A stretch of DNA of 64,000 bases from Raja brachyura (lineage: Eukaryota): positions 496,001 to 560,000 of the forward strand of contig OY740810.1 in assembly GCA_963514005.1 (NCBI GenBank), in the 5' to 3' direction. The notes under the pieces are model-generated. The model was not told the DNA's origin and did not search any database. It saw only the letters and a program-made list of their open reading frames with translations. This document shows, one piece after another, positions 36,436-49,754 of this stretch (its first letter is position 1; each line of letters opens with the position of its first letter). The position numbers were made by a program, and so were the translations under genes.

Positions 36436-37109
36436 ATTACCACACTCAATTCATGCTCCATCTCTATTCAACCATGAACAGTGGTGGGAATGGGCACAAA
36501 TGTGGGAAAGATACAGTGTTTTAGGTTTGACCTGAGGCACATTATCGGGCCATTACTCTATCCAGCCACAATGACCTGACTTGGGAGTGCTTCATGCCAC
36601 TGCTGTTCCATTCATTAGTGACAACTGGACAATTATGCCTTAAAAAATAAATCTGCTGCAAAATATAGTGGATTGTTTTGGCTTTCGTCAATAGTGTAAA
36701 ATGGGTGATGATCAGTTGTCAGCTTAGATATTAGAGAACAGCAAATCAGGCAAAATGTTGAATAGCATTGGGTTGATGCCTGAAGTCAAAATGATCATTG
36801 TATCTCTAATAACAACATGACCCTTTCACCTAACATTAAAACAAATAATAGGGCCAGCCAAATGTGTACAGTGGCCAACAGGGCAGGCTGATTTTTGATG
36901 GTGATTGACTCACCTGCTGACTCTCTAAAGACCGCCCAAACAGTCACCTCAACCACCAAGAGGCGCAAGTACAACTCCATGATCAGAAGGTTCATCTCCA
37001 AGTCATGTACCATCCTGATTTGGTTGTATATTGCTGTTCCTTCATTCCCACTAAAAAGCACGGCTAGGTATCTTCACAAGAAGGACTACAGTGTTCATAA
37101 AAACAGCCA

Positions 37110-37750
37110 ATGCCATGTTGCTCTTCATTGCAAGATGATTTGAGTTTAGGAGCAAGGAAGTCCTACTGCAGTTGTACAGGGCCCTGGTGAGACCGCACCT
37201 GGAATATTGTGCGCAATTGTGATCTCCTAATTTGAGGAAGGACATTATTGCCATTGAGGGAGTGCAGTGTAGGTTCACCAGGTTAATTCCCGGGATGGCA
37301 AGACTGATGTATGATGGAAGAATGGGTCGACTGGGCTTGTATTCGCTGGAATTTAGGATGAGAGGAGATCTTATAGAAACATATAACATTGTTAGAGAAT
37401 TGGACAGGCTAGATGTAGGAAAAATGTTCCCGATGTTGGGGGAGTCTAGAACCAGGGGTCACAGTTTAAGAATAAGGGGTAGGCCATTTAGGATTGAGAT
37501 GAGGAAAAACCTTTTCACCCAGAGAGTTGTGAATCTGTGGAATTCTCAGCCACAGAAGGCAGTGGAGGCCAATTCTGAATGTTTTTAAGAGGAATTAGAT
37601 TTAACTCTTAGGGCGAATGTAATCGAGGGATATGGGGAAAAAGCAGGAACGGGGTACTGATTTTGGATGATCAGCCTTGATCATATTGAATGGTGGTGCT
37701 GGCTCGAATGGCCTATGCCTGCACCTATTTACTATGTATCTATGTTTCTA
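37110..37750 (+). mobile_element. CR1 3' fragment
   Basis: ORF 37232-37588 RFTRLIPGMA..RTRGHSLRI; ends tatgtatctatgtttcta. Confidence 0.9.
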
Positions 37751-37964
37751 TCATCACCACCTTCTGAAAGGCGCCAAGGTCTGGCAGGAAATTATGATGC
37801 TTAAATGCTGTATATAATTCATCTCGTGGCCAGTCGAAGTGGATAGGTATCAGGAGTGGGAACGTTTAACTAAAGATCCCTTCTCAGTTTGTGCAATATT
37901 AATAGTGGTTGTGGCCTCACAGTTAGTACCTTTTGCTGAGAATAGGTAATTTAATTTAATATTA

Positions 37965-39197
37965 TTTAGAGATACGGCATGGAAACAGGCCCTTCGGCCC
38001 ATGGAGTCCATGCCAACCTTTAATCACCTGTTCACACTAGTTCTATGCCATCCCACTTTCTCATCCACTCCCTACACACTAGGGCTAATTTACAGAAGAC
38101 AATTAATTAATTTAATTTTGTTAGCAGTAAGTACAGTAGTGTGGTACCTAAGAACCTAATACATACATACACATTACCATTCTTGTACAACTTCTTGTTT
38201 TTAATTTAATAATAAAAGAACAGTGAAAGAAAAAGGGAAATAAAGAGTGTCAAAATAGATAGACAAATGAGTAGAAACAGATAGCGAAAGAGACAGAGAG
38301 CAGAGATAATAAGCTAAGAAGATTGAAAGAAAAGAGAAAGTAGAGAGAAAAGAAATTATGAGAGATATACCTGCTTCGTAACTTTACCCATCCGTCACCT
38401 GGTTCTGAACCATTTAATTTCTAAGGTTATGTTATGTTGCACTATATGCTTATAAAAAGCCGATAAAAGGACTCCAAGTTTTTGAGAATTGGTCTACTTT
38501 GCCTAGTAGGAGGAATCTCATTTCTTCAAGATGTAGCGTTTCCGACATATTTGAAATCCACATGTTGAACGTTGGCGTGGTTGCGTGTTTCCAGAATTTG
38601 AGTATAAGTTTTTTTCTGTTATTAAACCATAATTAAGCAGAGCTTCTTGGAATATAGTTAATTTACTTCCCTCTTCCATTGATCCAAAGATAATCAGTTC
38701 TGTATTGGGGTTCAATTTTGTGTTAAATAGTTTTGTAAAAGTTCCAAAAATGTCATTCCAAAATTTATGCAGTTTTGTACAAGAGACAAAGGAATGTGCT
38801 ATAGTGGCATTTTGAGCTGGACATTTATCACAAAAGGGGGAAACATTGGAAAATATTTTATTCAATCTGGTTTTCGAGTAATATAATCTGTGTAAAATTT
38901 TAAATTGAATTAGGTTATGCCTTACATTAATTGAACATTTATGTACATATAATAGATTTTTTCCCATCTGTCGTTCGGGATTTTATCAATAACTCTTGTT
39001 CCCAGTCCCTTCTAATTGCCTCTGTCGTTGGTGATTATATAAATATGATACACAATTAACCAACAAACCTGCCCGTCTTTGGGATGTGGGAGGAAAGCGG
39101 AGCACTTGGGGGAAACCCACGCAGTCACAGGGAGAACATACAAACTTCATATGAACAGCACCCGTGGTCAGGATCGAACCCGGGTCTCTGGCGCTGA
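37965..39197 (-). mobile_element. V-SINE/HE1-like SINE split by an L1 insertion
   Basis: 37965-38106 and 39052-39197 join to match the SINE at 47243-47532. Confidence 0.85.
38107..39051 (-). mobile_element. L1-clade LINE 3' fragment (zf-RVT region + 3' UTR)
   Basis: ORF 38518-38967 LIQFKILHRLYY..CDKC...IAHSFVSC..FW; 8-bp TSD acaattaa at 38099-38106 and 39052-39059. Confidence 0.88.
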
Positions 39198-39862
39198 ACC
39201 CTTCTTCAAACTGCAGTGTGATCCTACTAGCAGTCTGAAGAAGAGTCGTGACCTCAATGTTCTCCACTGCTGCCTGACCCGCTGAGTTACTCCAGCACTC
39301 TGTGAAACATCACCTATGCATGTTCTCCACAGATGCTGCCTGACCCATAGAGGGAGTACAGAGAAGGTTCACCAGACTGATTCCTGGGATGGCAGGACTT
39401 TCATATGAAGAAAGACTGGATAGACTCAGCTTGTGCTCGCTAGAATTTAGAAGATTGAGGGGAGATCTTATAGAAACTTACAAAGATTGTTCCCGATGTT
39501 GGGGAAGTCCAGGACAAGGGGTCACAATTTAAAGATAAGAGGGAAATCTTTTAGGACCGAGATGAGAAAAACATTTTTCACACAGAGAGTGGTGAATCTC
39601 TGGAATTCTCTGCCACAGAAGATAGTTGAGGCCAGTTCATTGGCTATATTTAAGAGGGAGATAGATGTGGCCCTTGTGGCTAAAGGGATCAGGGGGTATA
39701 GAGAGAAGGCAGGTACAGGATACTGAGTTGGATGATCAGCCATGATCATATTGAATGGCGGTGCAGGCTCGAAGGCCGAATGGCCTACTCCTGCACCTAT
39801 TTTCTATGTTTCTATGTTTCTATGACCCGCTGAGTTACTCCAGCACTCTTGCGTCTTTTCTT
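39198..39862 (+). mobile_element. Penelope pLTR-derived multimer containing a nested CR1
   Basis: gtctgaagaagagtc...gctgcctgacccgctgagttactccagcactctgtgaaacatcacc...tgaccc | tgacccgctgagttactccagcac. Confidence 0.7.
39347..39822 (+). mobile_element. CR1 3' fragment
   Basis: ORF 39487-39726; (TTTCTATG)n tail; 6-bp TSD tgaccc at 39341-39346 and 39823-39828. Confidence 0.9.
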
Positions 39863-40852
39863 GCACTACAATGAAGTTGGTCATTAACTGCCCAAACAAG
39901 AAGCAAGCTGAGGAATGTATAATAAATACTGGAATGTTGTTAAAGTAAATAGCAGTTAAGGTACATAGTTATGATAGCTATACACAAGCAGGATGTCGGA
40001 AGGACGGGCTAATAGGTGTGGAAGCAGGGGAGAGGAGAGTCATGAAGCACTAGTGAAACAACACAAACAAGTTGAGCAGATTATCTCTTTCTGTGCTGCG
40101 AGTCCCAATACAACTCAGATATGTCCCCAGTACCAAGCTGCAGGGGGAATTACCCTAATAGAGCCAAGCACTTGCATCATCAGCTCCAGTCTATCAGTTC
40201 ATTATGGAACAGCCGCATACAATCTGCCTTATACATTTTTAATAACTGGTTTATTGAAAGATTTTAGTTTGGATCTGGCATAATTTTCTTGTGTTTATTT
40301 TATGGTAACAAGGAAGCAGTTTCAGGTTTTATTTCATCATTGTTCATACTTGAGAGCCTCTAGAAAGATAAAAACATTTTTATTGTCATAAAACTCAATA
40401 TACCGCTTCCAGCTGAATGAGTAGTCTATGAATAATTTTATAATAAGCTCCAATTTATGATTCATGCAAAACTTAGCATCCATTAAACCGAAAGCAATCA
40501 CATCCATAGTGCACTTTTCTGCTTACAAATATTATTAAAACATAAATGCAAACAGTAAAAGATTGTTGTCCCTTGCTAGTGAATTGCTAACAAGGATAGG
40601 GAGATGCAAGACAGTTACTGGAAATGCATAGGGAGCGAAAAATATTTTTCATAAGGCTGTTAATATTGGAATAGTTTGCCACACACATCTATCTGTAATG
40701 TCGTTTAATGCAGATTCAGAAACACAACTGAAAAGTAATCCTTTGGAGAAGGAACAATGCCAGATCGATGGTCTTGCTTTCAAGATCATGGAGCAGATTC
40801 ATGACAGATTCATGCAGAAGGCAGCTCTGGAGAGGGTGAGAGTGTCTGAGTG

Positions 40853-40950
40853 AAGATAGACCAGTGTGCTGGAGTAACTCAGCGGGTCAGGCAGCATCTC
40901 TGGAGAGAAGGAATGGGTGACGTTTCGGGTCAAGGCCCTTCTTCAGACTG
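40853..40950 (-). mobile_element. Penelope-like pLTR end with hammerhead-like motif
   Basis: gctggagtaactcagcgggtcaggcagcatctctggagagaaggaatgggtgacgtttcgggtcaaggcccttcttcagac. Confidence 0.75.
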
Positions 40951-41483
40951 TGTCTGATCGTGCTCATCTCTGATGGTCTGTTTCTGGGTCCAGCGCCTCG
41001 TCAGAACCACAATGAAAGCACATTAACACGTCCACTTCCTTTGTTCAATAATGTGCCAAGTTTCCTCAGTATACGATCAAAATGTTACATTTCACTGGAG
41101 AGTGTTCAGGTCCCGCATGGAGTCAGGGCTATTTGGTAGAGTGATTCCAAACAAGTTTGGTGAGTAAACAGGACGACCGAGAACAAAAGAGAATGAAGAG
41201 GTTGGTGGACGTTTCCAAGTCCATCACAGACATTGACCTCTCCACCATCAAAGGGATCTACAGGAAGCACTGCCTTAAGAAGGTAGCTAATATGTAGGGA
41301 TATGGGCCAGGTGCATGCAAGTGCGACTTGCCTGAACAGTATAGATGCGTTGGGCTGAACTCAATACACAGTGTTATGTGTTCGGAATTCTTGGCTATGG
41401 ATCTCTTTGCCTGTATAACGCAGTTTGTATTACAATAAAAACATTTTTGCCTGGACTCATGTGGTGGCCTTATACACAATTAA

Positions 41484-41627
41484 TGGGGTGGAAGATTGCA
41501 ACCTTCACTTGGTCCACCCTATTTTGACGAATGCAATCAACCTGGCGTGCACAATCAAATAAGATCAAATAGAACAAGTTGTCCTACAACTTTAGGCTGT
41601 GCACTCCATATGCAAGAAGAAGAAGAA
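41484..41627 (+). mobile_element. Unclassified 144-bp retroposed insert with (AAG)n tail
   Basis: 13-bp TSD tatacacaattaa at 41471-41483 and 41628-41640; ends gcaagaagaagaagaa. Confidence 0.8.
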
Positions 41628-41640
41628 TATACACAATTAA

Positions 41641-44301
41641 ATCCCTTGCGAGGGAAGACATACGGACGGACGAGGTAGAGTCACTGTGGATTGAGTTGAG
41701 GAATTATAAAGGCAAGAAGACACTAATTGGTGTTATCTACAGACCCCCAAATAGTAGCCCAGGGGCGTAAGTTGTAGCAGGAGTTAAAACTGGCATGTAA
41801 CAAAGGTAATGCCATTGTGGTGATGGGGGATTTCAATATGCAGGTAGACTGGGAAAATCAGGTTGGTTCAGGACCCCAAGAAAGAGAGTTTGTAGAATGC
41901 CTCCGAGATGGATTCTTAGAGCAGCTTGTAATGGAGCCGACCAGAGAAAAAGCAATTCTGGATTTAGTGTTGTCCAATGAACCAGATATGATAAGAGAAC
42001 TCGAGGTAAAGGAACCGCTTGGAGGTAGTGATCATAATATGATTAGTTTTAATCTGCAATTTGAGAAGGAGAACGTTAAATCGGAAGTGGCAGTGATGTC
42101 GTTGAACAAAGGGGACTATGAAGGCATGAGAGGGGAGCTGGCCAAAGTTGACTGCAAAGGGATCCTAGCAGGAATGACGGTGGAACAGCAATGGCAGGAA
42201 TTTCTGGGCATTATCCGGAAGACGCAGGATCATTTCATTCCAAAAAGGAAGAAAGATTCTAAGGAGAGTAGGAGGCAACTGTGGCTGACAAGAGAAGTTA
42301 GGGATAGAATAAAACGAAAAGAAAAGATGTATAACACAGCAACGAGTAGCCGGAAGCCAGAGGATTGGGAAACTTTCATAGGACAACAGAAGGTAACAAA
42401 ACAGGCAATACAGGCTGAAAAGATGAAGTACAAGGGGGAGTTGGCCAGGAATATAAAGAAGGACAGTAAAAGCTTCTTTAGATATGTTAAGGGAAAAAGA
42501 GTAGCAAAGCCAAATGTGCCTTGAAGGCAGACACGGGTGAAATTATTATGGGCAACAAGGAAATGGCAGAAGAGTTGAATAGGTACTTCGGATCCGCATT
42601 CACTAAGGAGAACACAAACAATCTCCCAGATGTACTGGAGGACAGAGGATCTAAGGCGGTAGAGGAACTGAAAGAAATTTTCATTAGGCGAGAAATAGTA
42701 TTGGGTAGGCTAATGGGACTGAAGGATGATAAATCCCCTGGGCCTGATGGCCTGCATCCCAGGGTCCTCAGGGAGGTGGCTCTAGAAATAGTAGACGCAT
42801 TGGTGATCATTTTCCAATGTTCAATAGATTCAGAATCAGTTCCTGTGGATTGGAGGATAACTAATGTTATCCCACTTTTCAAGAAAGGAGCGAGAGAGAA
42901 AACGGGAAATTACAGACCAGTTAGCCTGACTTCGGTGGTGGGAAAGATGCTGGAGTCAATTATTAAAGAGCTAATAATGGAGCATTTGAATAGCAGTAAA
43001 AGGATTAGTCCAAGTCAACATGGATGTATGAAAGGGAAATCATGCTTGACTAATCTTCTGGAATTTTTTGAGGATGTGACAAGTAAAATGGATGAAGGGG
43101 TGCCAGTGGATGTAGTGTATCTAGACTTTCAGAAAGCCTTTGATAAGGTCCCGCACGGGAGACTGGTGACTAAAATTAGAGCACATAGTATTGGGGGTAT
43201 GGTGTTGACATGGATAGAAAATTGGTTGGCAGACAGGAAGCAAAGAGTAGGAGTGAACAGGTCCTTTTCAGAATGGCAGGCAGTGACGAGTGGAGTGCCG
43301 CAAGGCTCGGTGTTGGGGCCGCAACTGTTTACCATATATATAAATGATTTGGAAGAGGGAATTAGGAGCAACACTAGCAAGTTTGTGGATGACCCAAAGC
43401 TGGGTAGCAGTGTGAACTGTGAAGAGGATTTTAGGAGGTTGCAGGGGGACCTGGACAGGTTGAGTGAGTGGGCAGATGCGTGGCAGATGTAGTATAATAT
43501 AGATAAATGTGAGGTTATCCACTTTGGCGGCAAAAACAAGGGGGCAGATTATTATCTCAATGGGGTTAGTTTAGGTAAGGGGGAGGTACAGCGAGACCTG
43601 GGTGTCCTTGTACACCGGTCACTGAAAGTTGGCGTGCAGGTACAGCAGGCAGTGAAGAAAGCTAATGGAATGTTGGCCTTCATAACAAGAGGATTTCAGT
43701 ACAAGAGTAAAGAGGTTCTTCTGCAGTTGTATAGGGCTCTGGTAAGACCACATCTGGAGTATTGTGTACAGTTTTGGTCTCCTAATTTGATTGTGATTGA
43801 GGCAGTGCAGCGTAGGTTCACGACATTGATCCCTGGGATGGCGGAACTGTCTTATGAGGAAAGAGTGAAAAGACTAGGCTTGTATTCACTGGAGTTTAGA
43901 AGGATGAGGGGGAATCTTATAGAAATATATAAAATTATAAAAGGACTGGGCAAGCTAGATGCAGGAAAAATGTTCCCAATGTTGGGTGAGTCCAGAACTA
44001 GGGGCCACAGTCTTAGAATAAAGGGGAGGTAATTTAAGACTGAGCTGAAAAAACACTTTTTTACCCAGAGAGTTGTGAATTTATGGAATTCCCTGCCACA
44101 GAGGGCAGTGGAGGCCAAATCACTGGATGGATTTAAGAGAGAGTTGGATAGAGGTCTAGGGGCTGGTGGAGTCAAGGGATATGGGGAGAAGGCAGGCACG
44201 GGTTATTGATAGTGGACGATCAGCCATGATCATATTGAATGGCGGTGCTGGCTCGAAGGGCCGAATGGCCTCCTCCTGCACCTATTTTCTATGTTTCTAT
44301 G
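41641..44301 (+). mobile_element. CR1 LINE, 5'-truncated within APE, disrupted ORF2
   Basis: ORFs 41817-42524, 42521-43492 (RT motifs), 43634-44032; tail ttttctatgtttctatg; same subfamily as the split copy at 11899-18305. Confidence 0.95.
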
Positions 44302-47242
44302 TAATGAACGATTCACATCATGGATAGAGTTGACTCTGATCATATTGCTCCCTGGTGAATATGTTCAATAGTAAAAGATACATTTGTAAACAAGAAGGAC
44401 TCAAAATGTTATGGGATGGCAGAACTGAACGTTATAATTAGTGCAGGGGAAGGGGGTGAAAGAAAGTGAAGGTGACAGCAGCGCCAATAAAACATTGGCT
44501 TGTTGGGAGATTGATCCCTTCCAATTCATAAAGTTATTTTGTCCTAAGTTGAAGAGACTATGTAGTTGATCACTGGTTGGACTATTGATCAGAGAAGTTA
44601 AAATATAGAGGGGGACTTCAAAGATGAAAAGTTTATACTCTTGCATCAACTCACTATTATTATTGCTTGTTAAACCTTAGTGGTTGCAACATATTATAAT
44701 ATGTCAGCTGTTAAACTTATCTCTTGCTATTCCTGACGTAAAGTATGAGAACAATACACGAGGGAGGAAGGATTGGAAATAGTTGATGCAGAGAAGAGTG
44801 AGGCAGTAAAACTAGACGAGTAACATTAAGAGTCAGGCAATATCGCGATCAAGAGAGTTTAGTTTATTGTCTCCTACACCTGCCATGACTCTCAATGACA
44901 TTACTGGTTTATACTAACAACTACATCCTGGGGGTATACTATTAAGAATAAACTTAAAGAATCAGCCAAGAATACTGTTTTGGCAAGTCTTGTTCGTAGG
45001 TTGGGGATGCTGCAATGAGTAACTATTTGACACACAAGAACATTTCCACTGTTTCTAAGCCATGCAAGGGCTGCAGTGGAATACCCCCAATTGCCTGAAT
45101 ATGTCCACCAATACTCGAAGATTAATGATATCTACTAAAATGCAATCTGCTAGATTATCCGACAATAAATCTGCCGTATTTATTCCACCACCACATATAT
45201 GCATCCATGTACCATCTACAAAATTCAGTGCAGTTATTTATTTGCTTCAGGTATTTCTGCTGCACCTCTGACATCGTGACCTCACAAGATGGTCAAAGGC
45301 AGCAGGTTCATGGGAACACCACCACATGCACGTTACCTTTTAGTTCGCAATTGGAAATATACTGCCATTCTTTCACCATTGCTAGATCTGAATCCTGGAA
45401 ATTTCTCTCCAAATTCTTACACTAGTGTAACCCATTGGGTCAGGTAGCATCTTTAGAGAACGTGGGTAGCTGATATTTAGGGTTGCGACCCTTCTTACAC
45501 TAGACAACTGTCGGTTCAAGAAGGAGGTTCACCACTATCTTCTGAAGGGCCGTTTGGGCTGGGCAACAGATGCTGGCCTTATAAATGCTACGCACATCAC
45601 AAAAACAATTTTAAAGATGGCCATGCTACTTATTTCTTTGTTGCGATTTCAATGCAATAAATGAAGTGATTAATCCTTATGCAATGAGGTGCATAATTTA
45701 AACTTCCTTGGCATAACCAAGAACAGCCAACAACATTTGGAATGTCCTAACAGTGTAATTAGATGTATAGTGAGGAGTTGTGTGCCAGACAGTCAGCTAA
45801 CCTCTGTAGCCCTCTCTGATAGATTTACTGCCATTGATGAGGTTGGAGAAGGAAATGCAAGTCTCAGGCATGGTGTCAACGAGCACATTTGTTTTGCAAT
45901 TGTACGTTTAATATGTTCTGACACGTCGCTTTTAATGGATTTCTCGTGTTGCTAATTTTTTTTCTAACCTGCCCATATAAATATGACTACAATTGTATTT
46001 TAGTCAATTAAACATGAGATATTTTTCAGATGTCAATGGAGATCTTTTGGCAACGATTCAACCGGGAATTTGGAAAACCTGGATCTGCCAACTCCATCTT
46101 AAAATTACTATCTTAAAATACAATGGATAATTCAACGAAAAGTGCTTGGCCTTATGGAGTAATCTTGATGGAGTAAAGAATCCCCTGGAACAGCAGCTGA
46201 TAAATCATGCCTAGTCCTGTACCATTAGAGTGGTGCAGATGATAGGAGTGTATCACGGATTATGAGTCTCACTCTCTGTCACAGCTTCTCACTCTCAAGT
46301 TGACATTCTTTAAGAGTAAATTGGATCAGGCCAGAATGCTAACTGGTTGAGGTGGGCCAAAGGGCCTGTTTCCATGCTATAGCATTCTATGACTCTATGC
46401 CTCTATAACAGGTCCATGGTCTAAAAGGCATGGATGCATTTCAGATGATAATTCTGCTCCTCTTTTCAGCAGTGCACTCTGGGAAGCAATCCCTACTTTT
46501 CTTGGATTTGCCATGATCCTGTACTGCCGGAGATAAGTGAGGTGCAGTAAGAGCAGTTTTCTGATCTACAGGTATTTCTTCTCGCTTCCACCTAACTGTT
46601 GCTGCATTCTTAAAAGTATTGCCATTATTGCACCTTTTGATCTAAATGATCTTTTACCAGGATTTCAAAACTCCCGTGGTGCAATCTGGCAGCAACAATG
46701 TCCAAAGTCACCAAACACACATTAGCTTCGATTTTTGACCATTTTCTTGTTGATATTGTGCACTTTGTTTCTTAGCTTTTTACTTCCATTTCTTAGTCCT
46801 GGGAATATTATCCTGACTGCACAACATTGTGAAATATGCAGGTGACTATAAACTAAATTAAATTAAACCCATCCCAATTTATATGTTCATTGATTTCAAT
46901 TAAGCAAATTCCACACATTTCAATCCCCACCCCTCAACCCTTTCATCCCTCTTTGGAAATAGGTCACAAGAAATGGGTCACCAGCCTGTACTTAATAATG
47001 TCACTCCATGAATGACTCGAATATGAATGACAAGAATGTTTGTACATTTATAAATTGTAGTAACATTTATCCGCGGGGTGTCACTTATGTTGTGGGGTCG
47101 TAACACCAAGAGGTTCACTTCCCCAGATTGTGCCCTGTTTAAAACATTGCTATAAAGTTCCTTCATCTGGTATTGAACTGTTTCCAATGACGGGTTAATC
47201 ACTAAGAGATATAAAATGAAGATTCACAAAACAACTCTTTAG

Positions 47243-47532
47243 ACTTTAGAGATACAGTGTGGAAAGTGGATCCTTCAGCCCACTGAGTCCACGTCGACCA
47301 ATGGTCACCAGTACACTAGTTCTAGTACTACACACTAGGGACAATTTACAGAAGCCAATTAACCTACAAACCTGCATGTCTTTGGAGTGTGGGAGGAAAC
47401 CGGAGCACCTGAAGAAAACCCACGTGGTCACAGGCAGAACGTGCAATCTCCATTCAGACAATATCCGTAGTCAGAATCGAACCCGGGTCTTTAGCGCTGT
47501 GAGGCAGCAAATCGACCGTTGCGCAACCGTGT
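47243..47532 (-). mobile_element. tRNA-derived V-SINE/HE1-like SINE
   Basis: Minus strand cacggttgcgcaacgg (A box-like), gggttcgattct (B box), central ttcctcccacactccaaagac, CR1-like tail. Confidence 0.88.
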
Positions 47533-48339
47533 CATGGCAAAGTCATAAAAATGGTTGTTCACTGGACAAGTGGTTGGGATTTGGCATTGCTGCCTGTCAT
47601 TGGTGGGGTCATGGATACAGATTCAAAGTCTTGAAGGAGTTTAGATTGTAACATTGGACTCGTTTACAGGCCTGGTACAAGTGTACTGGGATGTATGGTC
47701 TCCTTATGCCATTTTATGTCTCTGTAAACCAGCATCTGCATTTTCTTGTGTTTATATATTTTTAACTTTGTGCTTCTGAAGGTTTTGACTGGTGTACAAT
47801 TAGAAGAAACCAGAACTCCACAGTCAGGCTTTTATCCATTTATCAGGCTTTGATGTTCTCTAAAAGCTGATCACACTTGCTTTCCTTAGGATTAGTTGAT
47901 GTAAGAATGCTCTAGTACAAAATCATGTCTTTGGAAAGTTCGGTTTTCCTTAGTTTTCTGAAAGTTGCTTTGGAGGTGACATTTACAGTGAAAAACTCAT
48001 ATGTGTACAAGAGATGAGCAATTAGCAGATTAGCATTTGTGGTAATGAGGACTTGGATGGAAGATGCAGCAAAGAAAACCTGGAATATAGAGTAGATCTC
48101 TGTGTAAATCAGTAAAAATGATTGACATTTTCCAGTAAACAAAATTAGTGTGCTTGGCTGGAAAAAAAGGTAAAGCTCATTAATTGAATTAAAAAATAAA
48201 CTACAGTGTTTTTATTTTGTTCACCACAAAACTACTGAATTGTTTCAGAAATTGGACCTTCACAGCAATAATAGACTTTGTGCTGTTAGCGGCTGCCTGT
48301 CATGTGTGTTGGATGAAACACAGAATTTGAGTAAGGAAC

Positions 48340-48610
48340 GGCACGGTGGCGCAGCGGTAGAGTTGCTGCCTCACAGCGCCAGAGACCCAGGTTCAATACT
48401 GACCACGGGTGCTGTCTGTACGGAGTTTGCATGTTCTCCTTGTGACCGCGTGGGTTTTCCCCGGGTGCCCCGATTTCCTCCCATATCCCAGAGATGTGCA
48501 AGTTTTGTAGGTTAGTTGGGTTCTATAAATTGTCTCTAGTGTGTAGGATAGAAATAGTATACTGGTCGGCACAGGCTCGGTGGGCTGAAGGGCCTCTTTC
48601 CACGCTGCAA
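48340..48610 (+). mobile_element. tRNA-derived V-SINE/HE1-like SINE
   Basis: A box tggcgcagcgg 48347-48357, B box ggttcaatact 48390-48400, central gggttttccccgggtgccccgatttcctccca, tail gggctgaagggcctctttcc. Confidence 0.88.
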
Positions 48611-48659
48611 AACTAAAACATGTTATCAGGCGTTGCACGTATTTGTTTGCTGAAGGAAG

Positions 48660-48750
48660 GTTGAAGATGGACACAAAAAGCTATGTGGGCCAGGCAGCAT
48701 CTCTGGAGAGAAGGAAAGGGTGACGTTTCAGGTCGAGACCCTTCTTCAGA
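48660..48750 (-). mobile_element. Penelope-like pLTR end with hammerhead-like motif
   Basis: caggcagcatctctggagagaaggaaagggtgacgtttcaggtcgagacccttcttcaga. Confidence 0.75.
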
Positions 48751-49754
48751 TATATACGGAGCTCACTGGCAGCTGGGGGCCTTGCCTAGGTGCTCACACC
48801 ACCAATAATCACCAGTGCTAGTGAGGCTACATAGAAGAGCTGTCAAACCTCCATCTTACAGCAGTGATTAGTGAAATATTGTAGTATTGTAGGAAGTGTT
48901 GTTCATCCTGTTGAAGTCCTGAAGCCATGAATGGTGTATTTTGTAAATGTGAGTCTTTCATGAGTTTTAAAATCGTTTGTTGTCCGTTTCGTGTAGATAC
49001 GTATGTTCCAGCAACAGGATAGTGATTCATATTAACTTGAGCACATTTCTCATTGCTTTACCTCCCGGCTCCAAGGCCAACCGTATCAACCACTTAGTAC
49101 CAGTTGAAACTAATTTAATCACCACAAGTCAAAAATCGTTAATATAATCTCCACTGCGTAAAATGCACTTGGTTACTGAGTTCTCAACGGAACTGGTGCT
49201 GATTCAATTTGACCAGTTTGTTTCTGAATAAGAAAGTCACAGAACACATAGGAGCTGAAAAGTTGCATGCTTTGAAAAAATAATCTTACTCAGATGAAAT
49301 GTTAAAAAGAAGCCTTATCTGCTTTTCTACGGATTAGATGAATGTTAGATCCCACGGCACCATTTGAGCAGAAATTCTCTGTGCATATCCACCAAAAACA
49401 GAATATGAACTGAATATTAATGTAATTGTTATTTATGCAACTCTCTTGTGCATAAGTTGCTTGCTAACTAACAAAGGATTCACTTCAATTCATTAGACAA
49501 GGTGCTTTGCAACCTTCCTGTAAAATACCCATAAGGTTTTCTTATTATCTTATTTTCTGTTTTTCTTTCTTTCTGTAATGAGGATCCAGAAATCTATTCA
49601 GAAATGAACTTTGGATAAAACCAGAGATTTAAACAAAGTAGTGATAAGTTTGTTCTTGTTCTCCAGTCTCAGTTAAAGCATTAATGGTTATTTTTATGGT
49701 CTATATGTTAAGGAAATGATTCCATGGAGCCAAATGCAGGCAGGTGAGAATTGT

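Noticed and set aside
48340-48410. tRNA gene
   Set aside because: A/B boxes continue into the SINE core and LINE-like tail; it is a SINE head, as at 47460-47532.
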